Assembly (NCBI GenBank): GCA_038205745.1
Contig: JBBRBM010000001.1
Span: forward strand, 35,516 to 99,515
DNA: 64,000 nt
Reading direction: 5' to 3'
From: Verrucomicrobiota bacterium
GTDB taxonomy: Bacteria; Verrucomicrobiota; Verrucomicrobiia; Limisphaerales; SIBH01
Shown here in pieces: positions 38,109 to 47,071 of the stretch (positions are counted from its first letter, which is position 1; each line of letters begins with the position of its first letter). The translations under genes were made by a program, and so were the position numbers. The notes below the pieces were generated by a model. That model was not told the DNA's origin and searched no databases. It worked only from the letters and a program-made list of their open reading frames with translations.

Positions 38109-38912
38109 TCATCCATAGCGGCCTTCAATGTATTCCGCCGTCCTGGGATTCTTCGGGCTGAGGAACAAGCCTGTCGTTGCGCCATGCTCCACAAGCTCAC
38201 CCATCAGCATGAAGATGCATTCGTCGCTGGCACGCCGCGCCTGCGCCATGTTGTGCGTCACGATCACGATCGTGTAACGGCCCTTGAGTTCGAACATCAA
38301 TTCCTCAATCGCGCGCGTGCCTTCCACATCGAGCGCGGAACACGGCTCGTCCATGAGAATGATTTCCGGCTTTAATGGCAGCAACCGTGCGATGCATAGC
38401 TTCTGTTGCTGTTCGAGTTGCAGGCCGGTGGCTTTCGTCTGAAGGCGATCCTTCAGGTCTTTCCACAGTCCCACTTCGCCCAATGCTTTCTCCACCGCAT
38501 CGTCGAAGTCTGATCTCTTCAACTCACCGTCGTTATGGATGCGCAGGCCGAACACGACGTTCTCATACACCGAAATGGGCAGCGGGTTTGGGCGTTGAAA
38601 AACCATGCCAACGGATTTGCGCAGCTCGATCAGCGAGATGTCCTCGTCGTAGATGTTTTTCCCGTGCAGCTTGATCTCTCCCTTGGTGCTGACGTAGCCG
38701 TAGCGTTCGTTCACCCGGTTGAAGCAACGAAGCAGTGTGGTTTTGCCGCATCCGGACGGGCCGATGAGCGAGGTGATAATGCTCGCCTTGATGTTGACCG
38801 TGACGTTGATGAGCGCCTGGAACTTGGCGTACCAAAGGCAGAGGTCATTCGTGGTGATGCCGTAATTGACACCCACTTCTGCGGGCATGGAAGTATAGCT
38901 CGTCAGGCTCAT
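38109..38912 (-). CDS. pstB: phosphate ABC transporter ATP-binding protein PstB (canonical copy)
   Basis: The ATG at 38912 overlaps the upstream stop (ATGA). Walker A is GPSGCGKTT, the Q-loop is VGMVFQRPNP, the signature is LSLEQQQKL-type LQLEQQQKLCIAR, Walker B is ILMDEPCSALD, and the H-loop is IVTHNMAQA. Confidence 0.9.
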   Translation of the reverse strand: MSLTSYTSMPAEVGVNYGITTNDLCLWYAKFQALINVTVNIKASIITSLIGPSGCGKTTLLRCFNRVNERYGYVSTKGEIKLHGKNIYDEDISLIELRKSVGMVFQRPNPLPISVYENVVFGLRIHNDGELKRSDFDDAVEKALGEVGLWKDLKDRLQTKATGLQLEQQQKLCIARLLPLKPEIILMDEPCSALDVEGTRAIEELMFELKGRYTIVIVTHNMAQARRASDECIFMLMGELVEHGATTGLFLSPKNPRTAEYIEGRYG

Positions 38913-39706
38913 CCGAAAATTCCGTTCACGTAGTCGTAAGTGCGCCGGTCTTTCGGCGTGTCGCTGAACATGGCGTCCGTACTGTCGAGTTCCACCAGTT
39001 CGCCATTCCACAGGAACATCGTACGGGCGGCGAGCCGGCGGGCCTGTTGCACCAGATTGGTCACGAGAATGATCGTCATCTCCTTCTTCAATTCCTTCAG
39101 CACATCCTCGATCCGCATCGTCGTGACCGGGTCAATCGCGATGCTGAATTCATCGAGGCAAAGAATCTCCGGCTGGTGGGAAAGTGCCCGCGCGATTGTG
39201 AGCCGCTGCTGCTGGCCGCCGCTCAGCTTGGTTCCGAGCGAATCAAGTCGGTCTTTGACCTCGTCCCAAAGTGCCGCCTGGCGCAGGCATTTCTCGACGA
39301 GCTCGTCGAGGTCACTCTTGGCGCGCATCCCGGCCGCGCGGGGAGCAAATGCCACATTGTCGTAAATGCTGAGCGGCAGTCCGACCGGCAACGGTGCCAC
39401 CATTCCGATCCTGCGGCGCAACTCGTAAACGCTCCGCACGCGCTTCACATCTTCGCCATCCACTTTGATCGTGCCGGTGACTTTCGTGTTCGGCGTGAAT
39501 TCAATCGTGCGATTGATGCAGCGGAGCATCGACGTCTTGCCGGATTGCGCCGGGCCGATGACGCCAAGAATCTCGTTCTCGTAAATGTCGAACGAGATGC
39601 CGTGGATGGCCTCCTTCGAGCCGTATCTCAAGCGCAGGTCGTGAACCTCCACTTTCTTCGTGGCAGTGACGGCGGCGGGCTTCGGAATGAACGGTGCTGT
39701 TACCAT
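38909..39706 (-). CDS. PstB paralogue with degenerate Q-loop and H-loop
   Basis: ATG at 39706. Walker A is GPAQSGKTS, the signature is LSGGQQQRL and Walker B is ILCLDEF. The Q-loop position reads IGMVAPLP (no Gln) and the H-loop reads ILVTNLVQQA (Asn in place of His). Confidence 0.85.
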   Translation of the reverse strand: MVTAPFIPKPAAVTATKKVEVHDLRLRYGSKEAIHGISFDIYENEILGVIGPAQSGKTSMLRCINRTIEFTPNTKVTGTIKVDGEDVKRVRSVYELRRRIGMVAPLPVGLPLSIYDNVAFAPRAAGMRAKSDLDELVEKCLRQAALWDEVKDRLDSLGTKLSGGQQQRLTIARALSHQPEILCLDEFSIAIDPVTTMRIEDVLKELKKEMTIILVTNLVQQARRLAARTMFLWNGELVELDSTDAMFSDTPKDRRTYDYVNGIFG

Positions 39707-40626
39707 TTTTTTCGTGAACGAAGGTAGGCGCGAACACCGATAGCCGTGGCGTTCACGACAAGCACGGCACCGAGCAGGACGGTGGCGATCGCATACGGCA
39801 GCGAATGCGCGGCGTTGCTCGCCTGTGTGGCGATGTAATAAAGGTGCATCGACAGCGCCATGCATTGATCAGTGATCGGGTTGTAGAGAAATAGCCCTGT
39901 GCTTTCGACGGCCTTGAACGTGGCGACGCCAGTCAGCATCACCGGCGCAGTTTCGCCGGCGGTGCGGCTCACTTGCAGGATCACGCCTGTCAGGATGCCG
40001 CTGATGGAGTTGGGCAGCACAATGCGCCGGATCGTCTGCCATCGTGTCGCCCCGACATTCCAGCACGCTTCGCGGAACGTGATCGGCACGGCGGATAGCG
40101 CTTCCTTCGTCGAGGCGATGATCACGGGAAGTGTCATGATCGAGAGCGTGAGCGAGGCGGCCAGAATGCTCTTGCCCATGTGCGCCGCGTAAACAAAAGC
40201 GCCCAGCCCGAACAACCCGTGAACGATGCTGGGCACGCCGGCGAGATTGACCACCGCGAGATTCACAATGCGCGTGAACCAGTTGTCCTTCGCGTATTCA
40301 TTCAAGTAAACTGCGGAGAGCACGCCGATCGGCGCGCTGACACAGAGGGAAATCGCGACGATGTAGATCGTGCCCACCAGCGCCGACCAAATGCCGCCGC
40401 GAATGCCGCCAAGGCGTGGATTGGTGGTCAGGAATTCCCAGTTCAAAGAAGGCGCGCCTTGTACGACGACGTAGCTGACGATCAGGATCAGCGGGATGAC
40501 CATCGTGGCCGCCATGAAACCAAAGAAACATTTCGCCATGATCTCGCGGCGCTGCTTCTTGCGGACAAAGGGTGTCTCGACAAAGATCGCGCCGCGCTCG
40601 TTCGCCGGTTGAGGGGTGCTGGCCAT
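39700..40626 (-). CDS. pstA: phosphate ABC transporter permease PstA
   Basis: 308 aa with about 6 TM segments. The EAA-like loop is STKEALSAVPITFREACWNVGATRWQTIRRIVLP. Operon position supports the call. Confidence 0.88.
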   Translation of the reverse strand: MASTPQPANERGAIFVETPFVRKKQRREIMAKCFFGFMAATMVIPLILIVSYVVVQGAPSLNWEFLTTNPRLGGIRGGIWSALVGTIYIVAISLCVSAPIGVLSAVYLNEYAKDNWFTRIVNLAVVNLAGVPSIVHGLFGLGAFVYAAHMGKSILAASLTLSIMTLPVIIASTKEALSAVPITFREACWNVGATRWQTIRRIVLPNSISGILTGVILQVSRTAGETAPVMLTGVATFKAVESTGLFLYNPITDQCMALSMHLYYIATQASNAAHSLPYAIATVLLGAVLVVNATAIGVRAYLRSRKKW

Positions 40627-40628
40627 GG

Positions 40629-41609
40629 CTATTTCTTCCTGATGCCCTTCACGATGAGGTCCGCCGAAAGGTTCACGACAAAGGTGATGCTGAAAAGCAG
40701 GATGCCGATCAGGAACAGCACCTGATAATGGTCCGAGCCTTTGCTCGTCTCGCCCAGTTCCGCGGCGATGGTGGCGGTCAATGTGCGGACTGGATCGAAC
40801 ACGCTGTGTGGAATGCGCACGCTGTGGCCGGTGGCCATGAGCACCGCCATCGTTTCACCGATCGCGCGGCCCACACCCAGCAACACGGCGGCGAGCAAGC
40901 CGTTCTTCGCGGCCGGCAGCAGCACGCGATAAACGATCTGCCATTTCGTCGCACCCAGCGCGAGCGCTGCTTCACGATACGTGTCCGGCACCGCCTTAAA
41001 GGCGTCCTCGCCGATGCTCACCATGATCGGCACGCTCATGAGTGCGAGAAGGATCGCGCCATTGAACATGTTCACACCGAGCGGCACGTGGAACGTGTTG
41101 ATGATGATCGGCGACATCACGGTGAGCCCGATGAATCCCCACACCACAGACGGGATCGCGGCGAGCAGTTCGATGGTGACCTTGAGCGTCTCCTTCACCT
41201 TGCCGGTGCAGAACTCGGACACGAACACGGCGGCACCCAGGCCGAAGGGCACCGCGATCACCATCGCCAGTGCGGTGACACTCAATGTGCCGACGATCAA
41301 CGCGCCGACGCCGTACTTGGCCTGCGTCTGCGAGGTTGGAAACCATTCCGTGGAAAACAGGAACTCGCGGAAATTGAGCTTGGCCAAGAATGGCGCCCCC
41401 TCACGAAACACGAAGAAAAAAATGCCGAAGACAAAGATGATCGCACTGAAGCCGCAGATATAGATCAGGGTCTCGATGACGCGCTCACCAAATATCTCGG
41501 CCTTCCCGCGTTTCTGTTTGGCGCGGTTCTGCGCGGCGGTTGCCGGCGGCGGCGCCGGCGCGGAACCCGACGCGGGCGTAATCGGCTTTTCCATGGCCAC
41601 GGCTGGCAT
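40629..41609 (-). CDS. pstC: phosphate ABC transporter permease PstC
   Basis: 326 aa and polytopic. The EAA loop is GEDAFKAVPDTYREAALALGATKWQIVYRVLLP. It lies directly after pstS. Confidence 0.88.
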   Translation of the reverse strand: MPAVAMEKPITPASGSAPAPPPATAAQNRAKQKRGKAEIFGERVIETLIYICGFSAIIFVFGIFFFVFREGAPFLAKLNFREFLFSTEWFPTSQTQAKYGVGALIVGTLSVTALAMVIAVPFGLGAAVFVSEFCTGKVKETLKVTIELLAAIPSVVWGFIGLTVMSPIIINTFHVPLGVNMFNGAILLALMSVPIMVSIGEDAFKAVPDTYREAALALGATKWQIVYRVLLPAAKNGLLAAVLLGVGRAIGETMAVLMATGHSVRIPHSVFDPVRTLTATIAAELGETSKGSDHYQVLFLIGILLFSITFVVNLSADLIVKGIRKK

Positions 41610-41640
41610 TCAACAATTCCTCAGTCGACAGCGCCGATGC

Positions 41641-42546
41641 CTACTTGTTCTTGGGCAACGGAACGTAGCCGGTCTCAGCCACGATTTTTTGTCCTGCATC
41701 GGAGATGATCCAATCGAGGTACTTCTTGATGTGTGGTGCGGGTTCGCCACTTGTGTACATGTACATAGGGCGTGCGATCGGGTAACTCTTGTCGAGCGTC
41801 GTGGCGATGGTCGGCTCAACTCCCTTTTCACCTTTTTTCTTCGCAACCTTGAGATGCTTGACCGCCGACGTGGCGTAGCCCATGCCCGAATAACCAATTG
41901 CATTCGGGGTTTTCGCGATGAGATCCACCACGTCCTTCGAGCCGTTCATGTCCACGGTGCCATTGCGCATCTCGTTCTTCTTCCCCACGATCGCCTCGCG
42001 GAAATAATGATACGTGCCGGAGTTGTTCTGGCGGCTGACGAGAATGATTTCATCGCCTTTCGCGCCGGGGATATTGCTCACACCCAGTTCGGACCACTTC
42101 GAGAGCTTGCCGTCTTTCATGTAGAGCTGCTGGAGTTCCTCCATCGAGATTTCCGTCATCGGGTTGTCCTTATGCACAAACACCGAGAGCGCGTCATAGC
42201 CGACCATATATTCCTTGGGCTCGGTGCCGGGATGCTTGGCTTTGAAGTCGGCAATTTCCTTCTCCTCAAAAATGCGTGAGCAGTTCGCGATCTGGCAGGC
42301 TCCATTGATGAGCGCGGCCACGCCCTGCCCGGAACCGCCGCCGTTCACTTCCACGGAAACGCTCGGGTCAATCTTGGAGTAGGTGTCCGCCCAGGCAATG
42401 GCGAGGTTCACCATGGTGTCTGAGCCGACGTTCGCGACCGCTGTCTTCTTGCCGCCGCTTGCGCCGTCGCCTCCTTTGTTGCCGCAGCCCGTGAGCGCGA
42501 CCACAACAGCGAGTGTGAGTGTTGAGAAGATGAGTTTTCTTTTCAT
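41641..42546 (-). CDS. pstS: phosphate-binding lipoprotein PstS
   Basis: The lipobox is LAVVVALTGCGN. PBP-fold motifs are VGSDTMVNLAIAW, NGGGSGQG and SRQNNSGTY. Its ATG overlaps the phoU-fusion stop (ATGA at 42543-42546). Confidence 0.88.
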   Translation of the reverse strand: MKRKLIFSTLTLAVVVALTGCGNKGGDGASGGKKTAVANVGSDTMVNLAIAWADTYSKIDPSVSVEVNGGGSGQGVAALINGACQIANCSRIFEEKEIADFKAKHPGTEPKEYMVGYDALSVFVHKDNPMTEISMEELQQLYMKDGKLSKWSELGVSNIPGAKGDEIILVSRQNNSGTYHYFREAIVGKKNEMRNGTVDMNGSKDVVDLIAKTPNAIGYSGMGYATSAVKHLKVAKKKGEKGVEPTIATTLDKSYPIARPMYMYTSGEPAPHIKKYLDWIISDAGQKIVAETGYVPLPKNK

Positions 42547-43655
42547 GATTTGGATTGTTGGTTATCGCCGACGAATGCCTGCACGAGTTCCCTGACGTGC
42601 ATGCTCAAGAACTGAAACGCCTCCTCGTAGGCTGCGCGCACTTCGGCCAGCGAGCCGGGCCGCGTCGACGGATCGGAAACGTTCCAATCGAGCCCGACCG
42701 TTTTCGTGGGGGCGGGCGGGAAAACCTTCTTCGCGTCCTTCGAAAGCGCGATGATCACATGGTAGTGATCGAGATGCGGAATGCGGTCGAGGCCCTTTGC
42801 GGTATGGCGCGAAATGTCGAAGCCCTTCTCATTCAGGAACTCCACGGTGCGCCAATCAACGGTTCGCGCCACAAGGCCAGCGCTGCTGAATACAAAGTTC
42901 GTGGTATCGAGCGACTCCGCGACCGCCTCCGCCATCTGGCTCAGGCACGAATTCGTGTCATCGACAAATAACACCCGGAAAACCTCGGCGCCCTTGTGTT
43001 TGATGTTCTCGCCCGTGCAGACGTAAAGCACCTCCTCGCAAATGTTCTTCGCCTGATCCGCCACGCGTTCGAAGCGGCGCGAAATGGTCATCAGCGGCGT
43101 CAACGCTTCGAGCGGAATTTTGTTCTCCTCACGCAGTCGCACCAGGTCGGCGTCGATCGCCCGGCGGAGCAGATCGGTCTTTTCCTCCATCTCCATGGCG
43201 GCGCGGGCGAGTTCCGGGCTTTGCTCGATGAAGGCCTCGATCGCGTTGCGGAACATGGTCACCGAGGTGTTTGCGAGCTGGACGAAATTGTCGGTGGGCG
43301 GCTGCGAGAGAGTGTTCAGCTTCAACACCTGCCGTGCGATGCTCTCGGCGTAATCGCCAATGCGTTCGAGCTCGAGATTGATTTTGATCGTGGAGTAAAC
43401 AAACCGGAGGTTCCCGGCCACGGGCTGCTGCCGCACGAGGAATTCCAGGCAGAGTCGATCGAGTTCCTTTTCCTTCTCGTCGATGTATTGGTCCCGGAGG
43501 ATGACCGAGTAAGCGATGGTAAGATTGCGATCGACGAAAGCTTTCAGCGCGTCATTCAGCGCGCGTTCCGCCAACTGCGACATCTCGAGAACTTTGGAGC
43601 GGATGAGCTGCAAGTCATGCTCGAGACGCTCTTCAAAATGTGAGGTTGCTTTCAA
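42543..43655 (-). CDS. phoU: PhoU (two PhoU repeats) fused to a degenerate LMW-PTP/ArsC-like domain
   Basis: TTG start. The PhoU repeats each carry an ERIGDYAESIA / ERVADQAKNICE motif. The C-terminal 145 aa or so read VLFVDDTNSCLSQMAEA ... LDWNVSDP. This is the LMW-PTP/ArsC fold signature, but the CX5R loop has changed from C-T-G-N-S-C-R to D-D-T-N-S-C-L. Confidence 0.85.
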   Translation of the reverse strand: MKATSHFEERLEHDLQLIRSKVLEMSQLAERALNDALKAFVDRNLTIAYSVILRDQYIDEKEKELDRLCLEFLVRQQPVAGNLRFVYSTIKINLELERIGDYAESIARQVLKLNTLSQPPTDNFVQLANTSVTMFRNAIEAFIEQSPELARAAMEMEEKTDLLRRAIDADLVRLREENKIPLEALTPLMTISRRFERVADQAKNICEEVLYVCTGENIKHKGAEVFRVLFVDDTNSCLSQMAEAVAESLDTTNFVFSSAGLVARTVDWRTVEFLNEKGFDISRHTAKGLDRIPHLDHYHVIIALSKDAKKVFPPAPTKTVGLDWNVSDPSTRPGSLAEVRAAYEEAFQFLSMHVRELVQAFVGDNQQSKS

Positions 43656-43658
43656 CGT

Positions 43659-43683
43659 TCACACAAATAGGGCGCATGTGTGA
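43659..43683. promoter_or_regulatory. palindrome TCACACA-N11-TGTGTGA immediately upstream of the phoU-pst operon start
   Basis: The 7-bp perfect arms lie at 43659-43665 and 43677-43683, 4-30 nt upstream of the TTG start at 43655. It is a candidate operator. It does not match the E. coli Pho-box direct-repeat form. Confidence 0.3.
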
Positions 43684-43725
43684 CGCGCAAAGGGCGAAGT
43701 TGTTACGATCTTGCGACAATGTCCG

Positions 43726-44235
43726 TTAAACGTGTCCGCGATTTTCATCCACCGGCGCTGTCGGCACCATCGGCTTTGCCGAAAGATTCAGTTCGAGGAT
43801 ACGCCGCCGCATGGCCTCAACCCGGCGAATCAACGTCTGCGTGATCCGCTTCATCAACGTGTATCCGAGCTGGGGATCCTCCTCGCACCGGACCATCAGC
43901 AATGCGCCATCAAGCACGATCGCATGAGAGGGTTCGATCGCGCGCGCTTGAAAGTGCCAGCAAAATGGAGCGAAAAGCCACGACCAGCCTAGAACCTCGC
44001 CCGCGCCGACTGTATCCACAACGACTTCACGGCCGTACTCGCGGCTATGCACTTCAATGTTCACCTTGCCGGAGGTGAGCAGGTACGCGTTAAACGCCGG
44101 CTCGCGCTCGCGCAGAATGATTTGGCCCGGTTGGAAATCCACTTCCTTCGCCTCGGCGCAAATGGCGCCGAGGTGATTCTCGCGCAGTCCCGAGAGGAAG
44201 GGGTGGCTTCGGACCTCACGCTCAATGTTTTTCAC
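43726..44235 (-). CDS. cyclic nucleotide-binding domain protein (no recognisable DNA-binding domain)
   Basis: The cNMP-binding fold has FLSGLRENHLGAICAEAKEVDFQPGQIILREREPAFNAYLLTSGKVNI and GAGEVLGWSWL. The start is uncertain; I chose the GTG at 44235 (VKNIEREV), because the track's longer ORF runs into the divergent usp promoter. Confidence 0.7.
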   Translation of the reverse strand: MKNIEREVRSHPFLSGLRENHLGAICAEAKEVDFQPGQIILREREPAFNAYLLTSGKVNIEVHSREYGREVVVDTVGAGEVLGWSWLFAPFCWHFQARAIEPSHAIVLDGALLMVRCEEDPQLGYTLMKRITQTLIRRVEAMRRRILELNLSAKPMVPTAPVDENRGHV

Positions 44236-44403
44236 AGTGGCCTCGCTTTCTCCGAAAGCAACGTCGCGCTCGCGCCGGACAATACTCCACGAATATTGGC
44301 GAAGAATCACCGTGGATTGGCAATGGAGGTTCAGCAATTTGCAACTGACGTGTAGTGCGTGCGCGGCGCTCGGCCAATTTGGAGTAGAGCCGGACCAAAT
44401 TGA

Positions 44404-44925
44404 ATGAAAACGAACCTGACCAATGCCGTAAAGGCGCGGCGTAACTCCCGCCCGACAACGCAATCCCGTTCGAAAACTTCACCCATATCAGGGCGCGTGG
44501 AGAACATCCTTGTGCCGACGGATTTCTCCGCGGCATCGCTGAAGGCAGTGAGCTTCGCAAAGGATCTGGCGCAGCAATTCGGCGCTCGCGTGTCCCTGTT
44601 GTATGTGATCGAACCCATCGTGCTGCCTGACGCCGCAGCGTTGTGTGCCTTGCCGGACGAACAGCTCGCCGCACGCATGCGCAAGCGCTTGAGCGAACTC
44701 GCACAAGGGTACGAAGTGAAGGAATTCACTTTCGACCGTATCATCGTGCGGAAGGGAACGCCCTTCCACGAAATCGCGCTCGCCGCCGCCGCCACGAAGG
44801 CAGACATGATCGTGATCGCAACGCATGGCTACACGGGCTTGAAACACGTCTTGCTGGGCAGCACGGCCGAGCGAGTCGTTCGCCATGCGCGCTGCCCGGT
44901 GTTGGTGGTGCCGGCGCGCGAATAA
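44404..44925 (+). CDS. universal stress protein (UspA family)
   Basis: ILVPTDFSAASLKAVSFA, MIVIATHGYTGLKHVLLGSTAERVVRHARCPVLVV. Confidence 0.85.
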   Translation: MKTNLTNAVKARRNSRPTTQSRSKTSPISGRVENILVPTDFSAASLKAVSFAKDLAQQFGARVSLLYVIEPIVLPDAAALCALPDEQLAARMRKRLSELAQGYEVKEFTFDRIIVRKGTPFHEIALAAAATKADMIVIATHGYTGLKHVLLGSTAERVVRHARCPVLVVPARE

Positions 44926-45050
44926 CGACCGACTTCACCAATTCAGGCTGAAACCCTGCGCTCTGATCTCAGGGCAAAATCAGCGTTTGCGCTCGCTTCT
45001 GGCGTGTGTTGTATTCTCGCGAAGCCGAGGCAACATCCGGCAAAATAATT

Positions 45051-45473
45051 ATGCAAACAGCTACTGAAAATCCCGTCGTCGAGAAAACGCGCGAACTTTG
45101 CCAGACCATTCTTTCACAGCCGGAGTTCCAGGGCGTCCTCCGCGACGTCGAAAGTTTCATGAACGACGGCGATGCGAAGGCGCACTACGAAAAGCTCTCC
45201 GAGAAGGGCGAATATCTGCACCACAAGCAACATCAAGGTGTGACACTCAGCACGGAGGAGATAGACGAATACGAGAAGCTGCGCACCTCGTTCCTCGCGA
45301 ACCCGGTCGCACGCAATTTCCTGAGCGCCCAAGAGAAGGTGCAGGAAGTGCAGCAGACCGTGGGGCAATACGTGTCGAAGACGCTCGAACTCGGGCGCGT
45401 TCCAACGGAACAGGATTTTGAGAGCGAGGGCGGCGGATGTGGCTCCGGCTGCGGCTGCGGTCACGGACACTGA
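45051..45473 (+). CDS. YlbF/YmcA-family protein with a C-terminal GGGCGSGCGCGHGH tail
   Basis: The ATG at 45051 gives MQTATENPVVEKTRELCQTILSQPEFQ. Family-typical segments include LANPVARNFLSAQEKVQEVQQTV. The tail is Cys/His-rich. Confidence 0.65.
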   Translation: MQTATENPVVEKTRELCQTILSQPEFQGVLRDVESFMNDGDAKAHYEKLSEKGEYLHHKQHQGVTLSTEEIDEYEKLRTSFLANPVARNFLSAQEKVQEVQQTVGQYVSKTLELGRVPTEQDFESEGGGCGSGCGCGHGH

Positions 45474-45477
45474 GGCG

Positions 45478-47001
45478 CTACTTCGTGCCGCGACGCAGTT
45501 CGACTGAGGTTGCGGCGCTGACATTTCCAAATTGATCAATCGCCCGAAGCGTGAATGCTTCGGGCGTTGTTTTTTGGGCGAGCGAAGTAGTTGTGCGTGG
45601 CAGCACGTCGTTACGCCATCCGTCTGCGACTTTCGTCTGCACGAGCCAGAACCGCACAGCAGTGTCATTCGTCGTGGTCCAGGTGAACCGCGCACCCTCT
45701 CGCACGATGTTCGCCGTCAGCGTCGCTTTCGCGGGCCGGCTGCGTTCCGGCAATGCGGGAGGCAGAGCAACCTTGCCGTAGCTCGTTCGCGCCAGTTCAT
45801 CCGCCACGCCGCCGCTGGTCCGCATCAACGCGCTCATGTTCCAGTGGATGTGTCCCGATGCACCCGGCTGCTGTCGCGCGATGCGCACCTGTTCGACGAT
45901 CTCCCGCGCGGGCCAGCCTTTGCCCCCGACACCCGTGGTATTGATTCCGGGGATGATCAATCGATGCTTCGGATTATTTTCCGTCCACCACTTCAGGAGC
46001 ACAGGGAAACTTTGGGCCGGCGGTTCGATGCGCCAGTAAAGCTGCGGCGCGATGTAATCCATCCAGCCGCTCGTGAGCCAAAGCCGCGCGTCGGCGTAGA
46101 TCGATTCAAACTGGTCGAAGCCTTTGATCTGCTCTGGAAAACCGGGCCGATAAATGCCGAACGGACTGATGCCCACTTTGATCCACGGCTTGGCGACTTT
46201 TACCTGGCGATACATCCGATCGAGGAAGCGGTTCACATTATCGCGGCGCCAGTCGTCTTTGCCCAGCTTGCCGCCGCTCTTCACGTAAGCGCTCCAACTC
46301 GGCGTGTCGGGAAACGGAATCAATTTTCCCGAGGCGTCCTTCTCGCGATACGGATAGAAGTAATCGTCGATGTGCAACCCATCCACGTCGTAACGCTTCA
46401 CAATGTCGAGGATCACGCGCATCGAGTGGTCGTGAACCTCCGCAAGCCCGGGATCGAGCCACATCGACTTGCCGTAATTCTTCGCGAGGCTCGGACGCGT
46501 CTTGCTGATGTGGTCGGAAGAAATCAGCGAGAACGCCGTGCTGTGCCGCGCGCGAAATGGATTCACCCACGCGTGCAACTCCAACCCGCGCTTGTGCGCC
46601 TCGTTCACCGCGAACTCGAGCGGATCCCAAAAAGGACTCGGCGCCCGGCCCATCGCACCCGTGAGAAATTCCGACCACGGCTCGATCTTCGAGACGTAAA
46701 GCGCATCGCACGCCGGGCGGACCTGGAGAAGAATGGCGTTCAACTTCAATTGCTCGGCGCGATCCAGAATCGCGAGCAATTCAGATTTCTGTTCCGTCGT
46801 GGTGAGACCCGGCTTCGACGGCCAGTCAATGTTGTGGACGCTGGCGACCCAAGCTCCGCGAAATTCCCGCGTTGGTTCCGGCGCCGCGACGCTCGATGGC
46901 ACGTAGTTGACAGCGGCGCGCACAACATTTACCGCGAGCCACAACCACAGCAGGGAACGCATCACGGGATGAATTGACGGGGAATTGTCACGCTTGTTCA
47001 A
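45478..47001 (-). CDS. secreted glycoside hydrolase-like family 10 (GHL10/DUF187, YngK-like) protein
   Basis: It has a signal peptide and then EFRGAWVASVHNIDWPSKPGL...LNAILLQVRPACDALY...HAWVNPF, which is characteristic of GHL10. Confidence 0.75.
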   Translation of the reverse strand: MNKRDNSPSIHPVMRSLLWLWLAVNVVRAAVNYVPSSVAAPEPTREFRGAWVASVHNIDWPSKPGLTTTEQKSELLAILDRAEQLKLNAILLQVRPACDALYVSKIEPWSEFLTGAMGRAPSPFWDPLEFAVNEAHKRGLELHAWVNPFRARHSTAFSLISSDHISKTRPSLAKNYGKSMWLDPGLAEVHDHSMRVILDIVKRYDVDGLHIDDYFYPYREKDASGKLIPFPDTPSWSAYVKSGGKLGKDDWRRDNVNRFLDRMYRQVKVAKPWIKVGISPFGIYRPGFPEQIKGFDQFESIYADARLWLTSGWMDYIAPQLYWRIEPPAQSFPVLLKWWTENNPKHRLIIPGINTTGVGGKGWPAREIVEQVRIARQQPGASGHIHWNMSALMRTSGGVADELARTSYGKVALPPALPERSRPAKATLTANIVREGARFTWTTTNDTAVRFWLVQTKVADGWRNDVLPRTTTSLAQKTTPEAFTLRAIDQFGNVSAATSVELRRGTK

Positions 47002-47071
47002 GGCGCGATTGCGTAGCGCATCGGTTGATACAGGTCAATGAGCGGCGTGTGGCCGGCGTTATCGTCACCAC

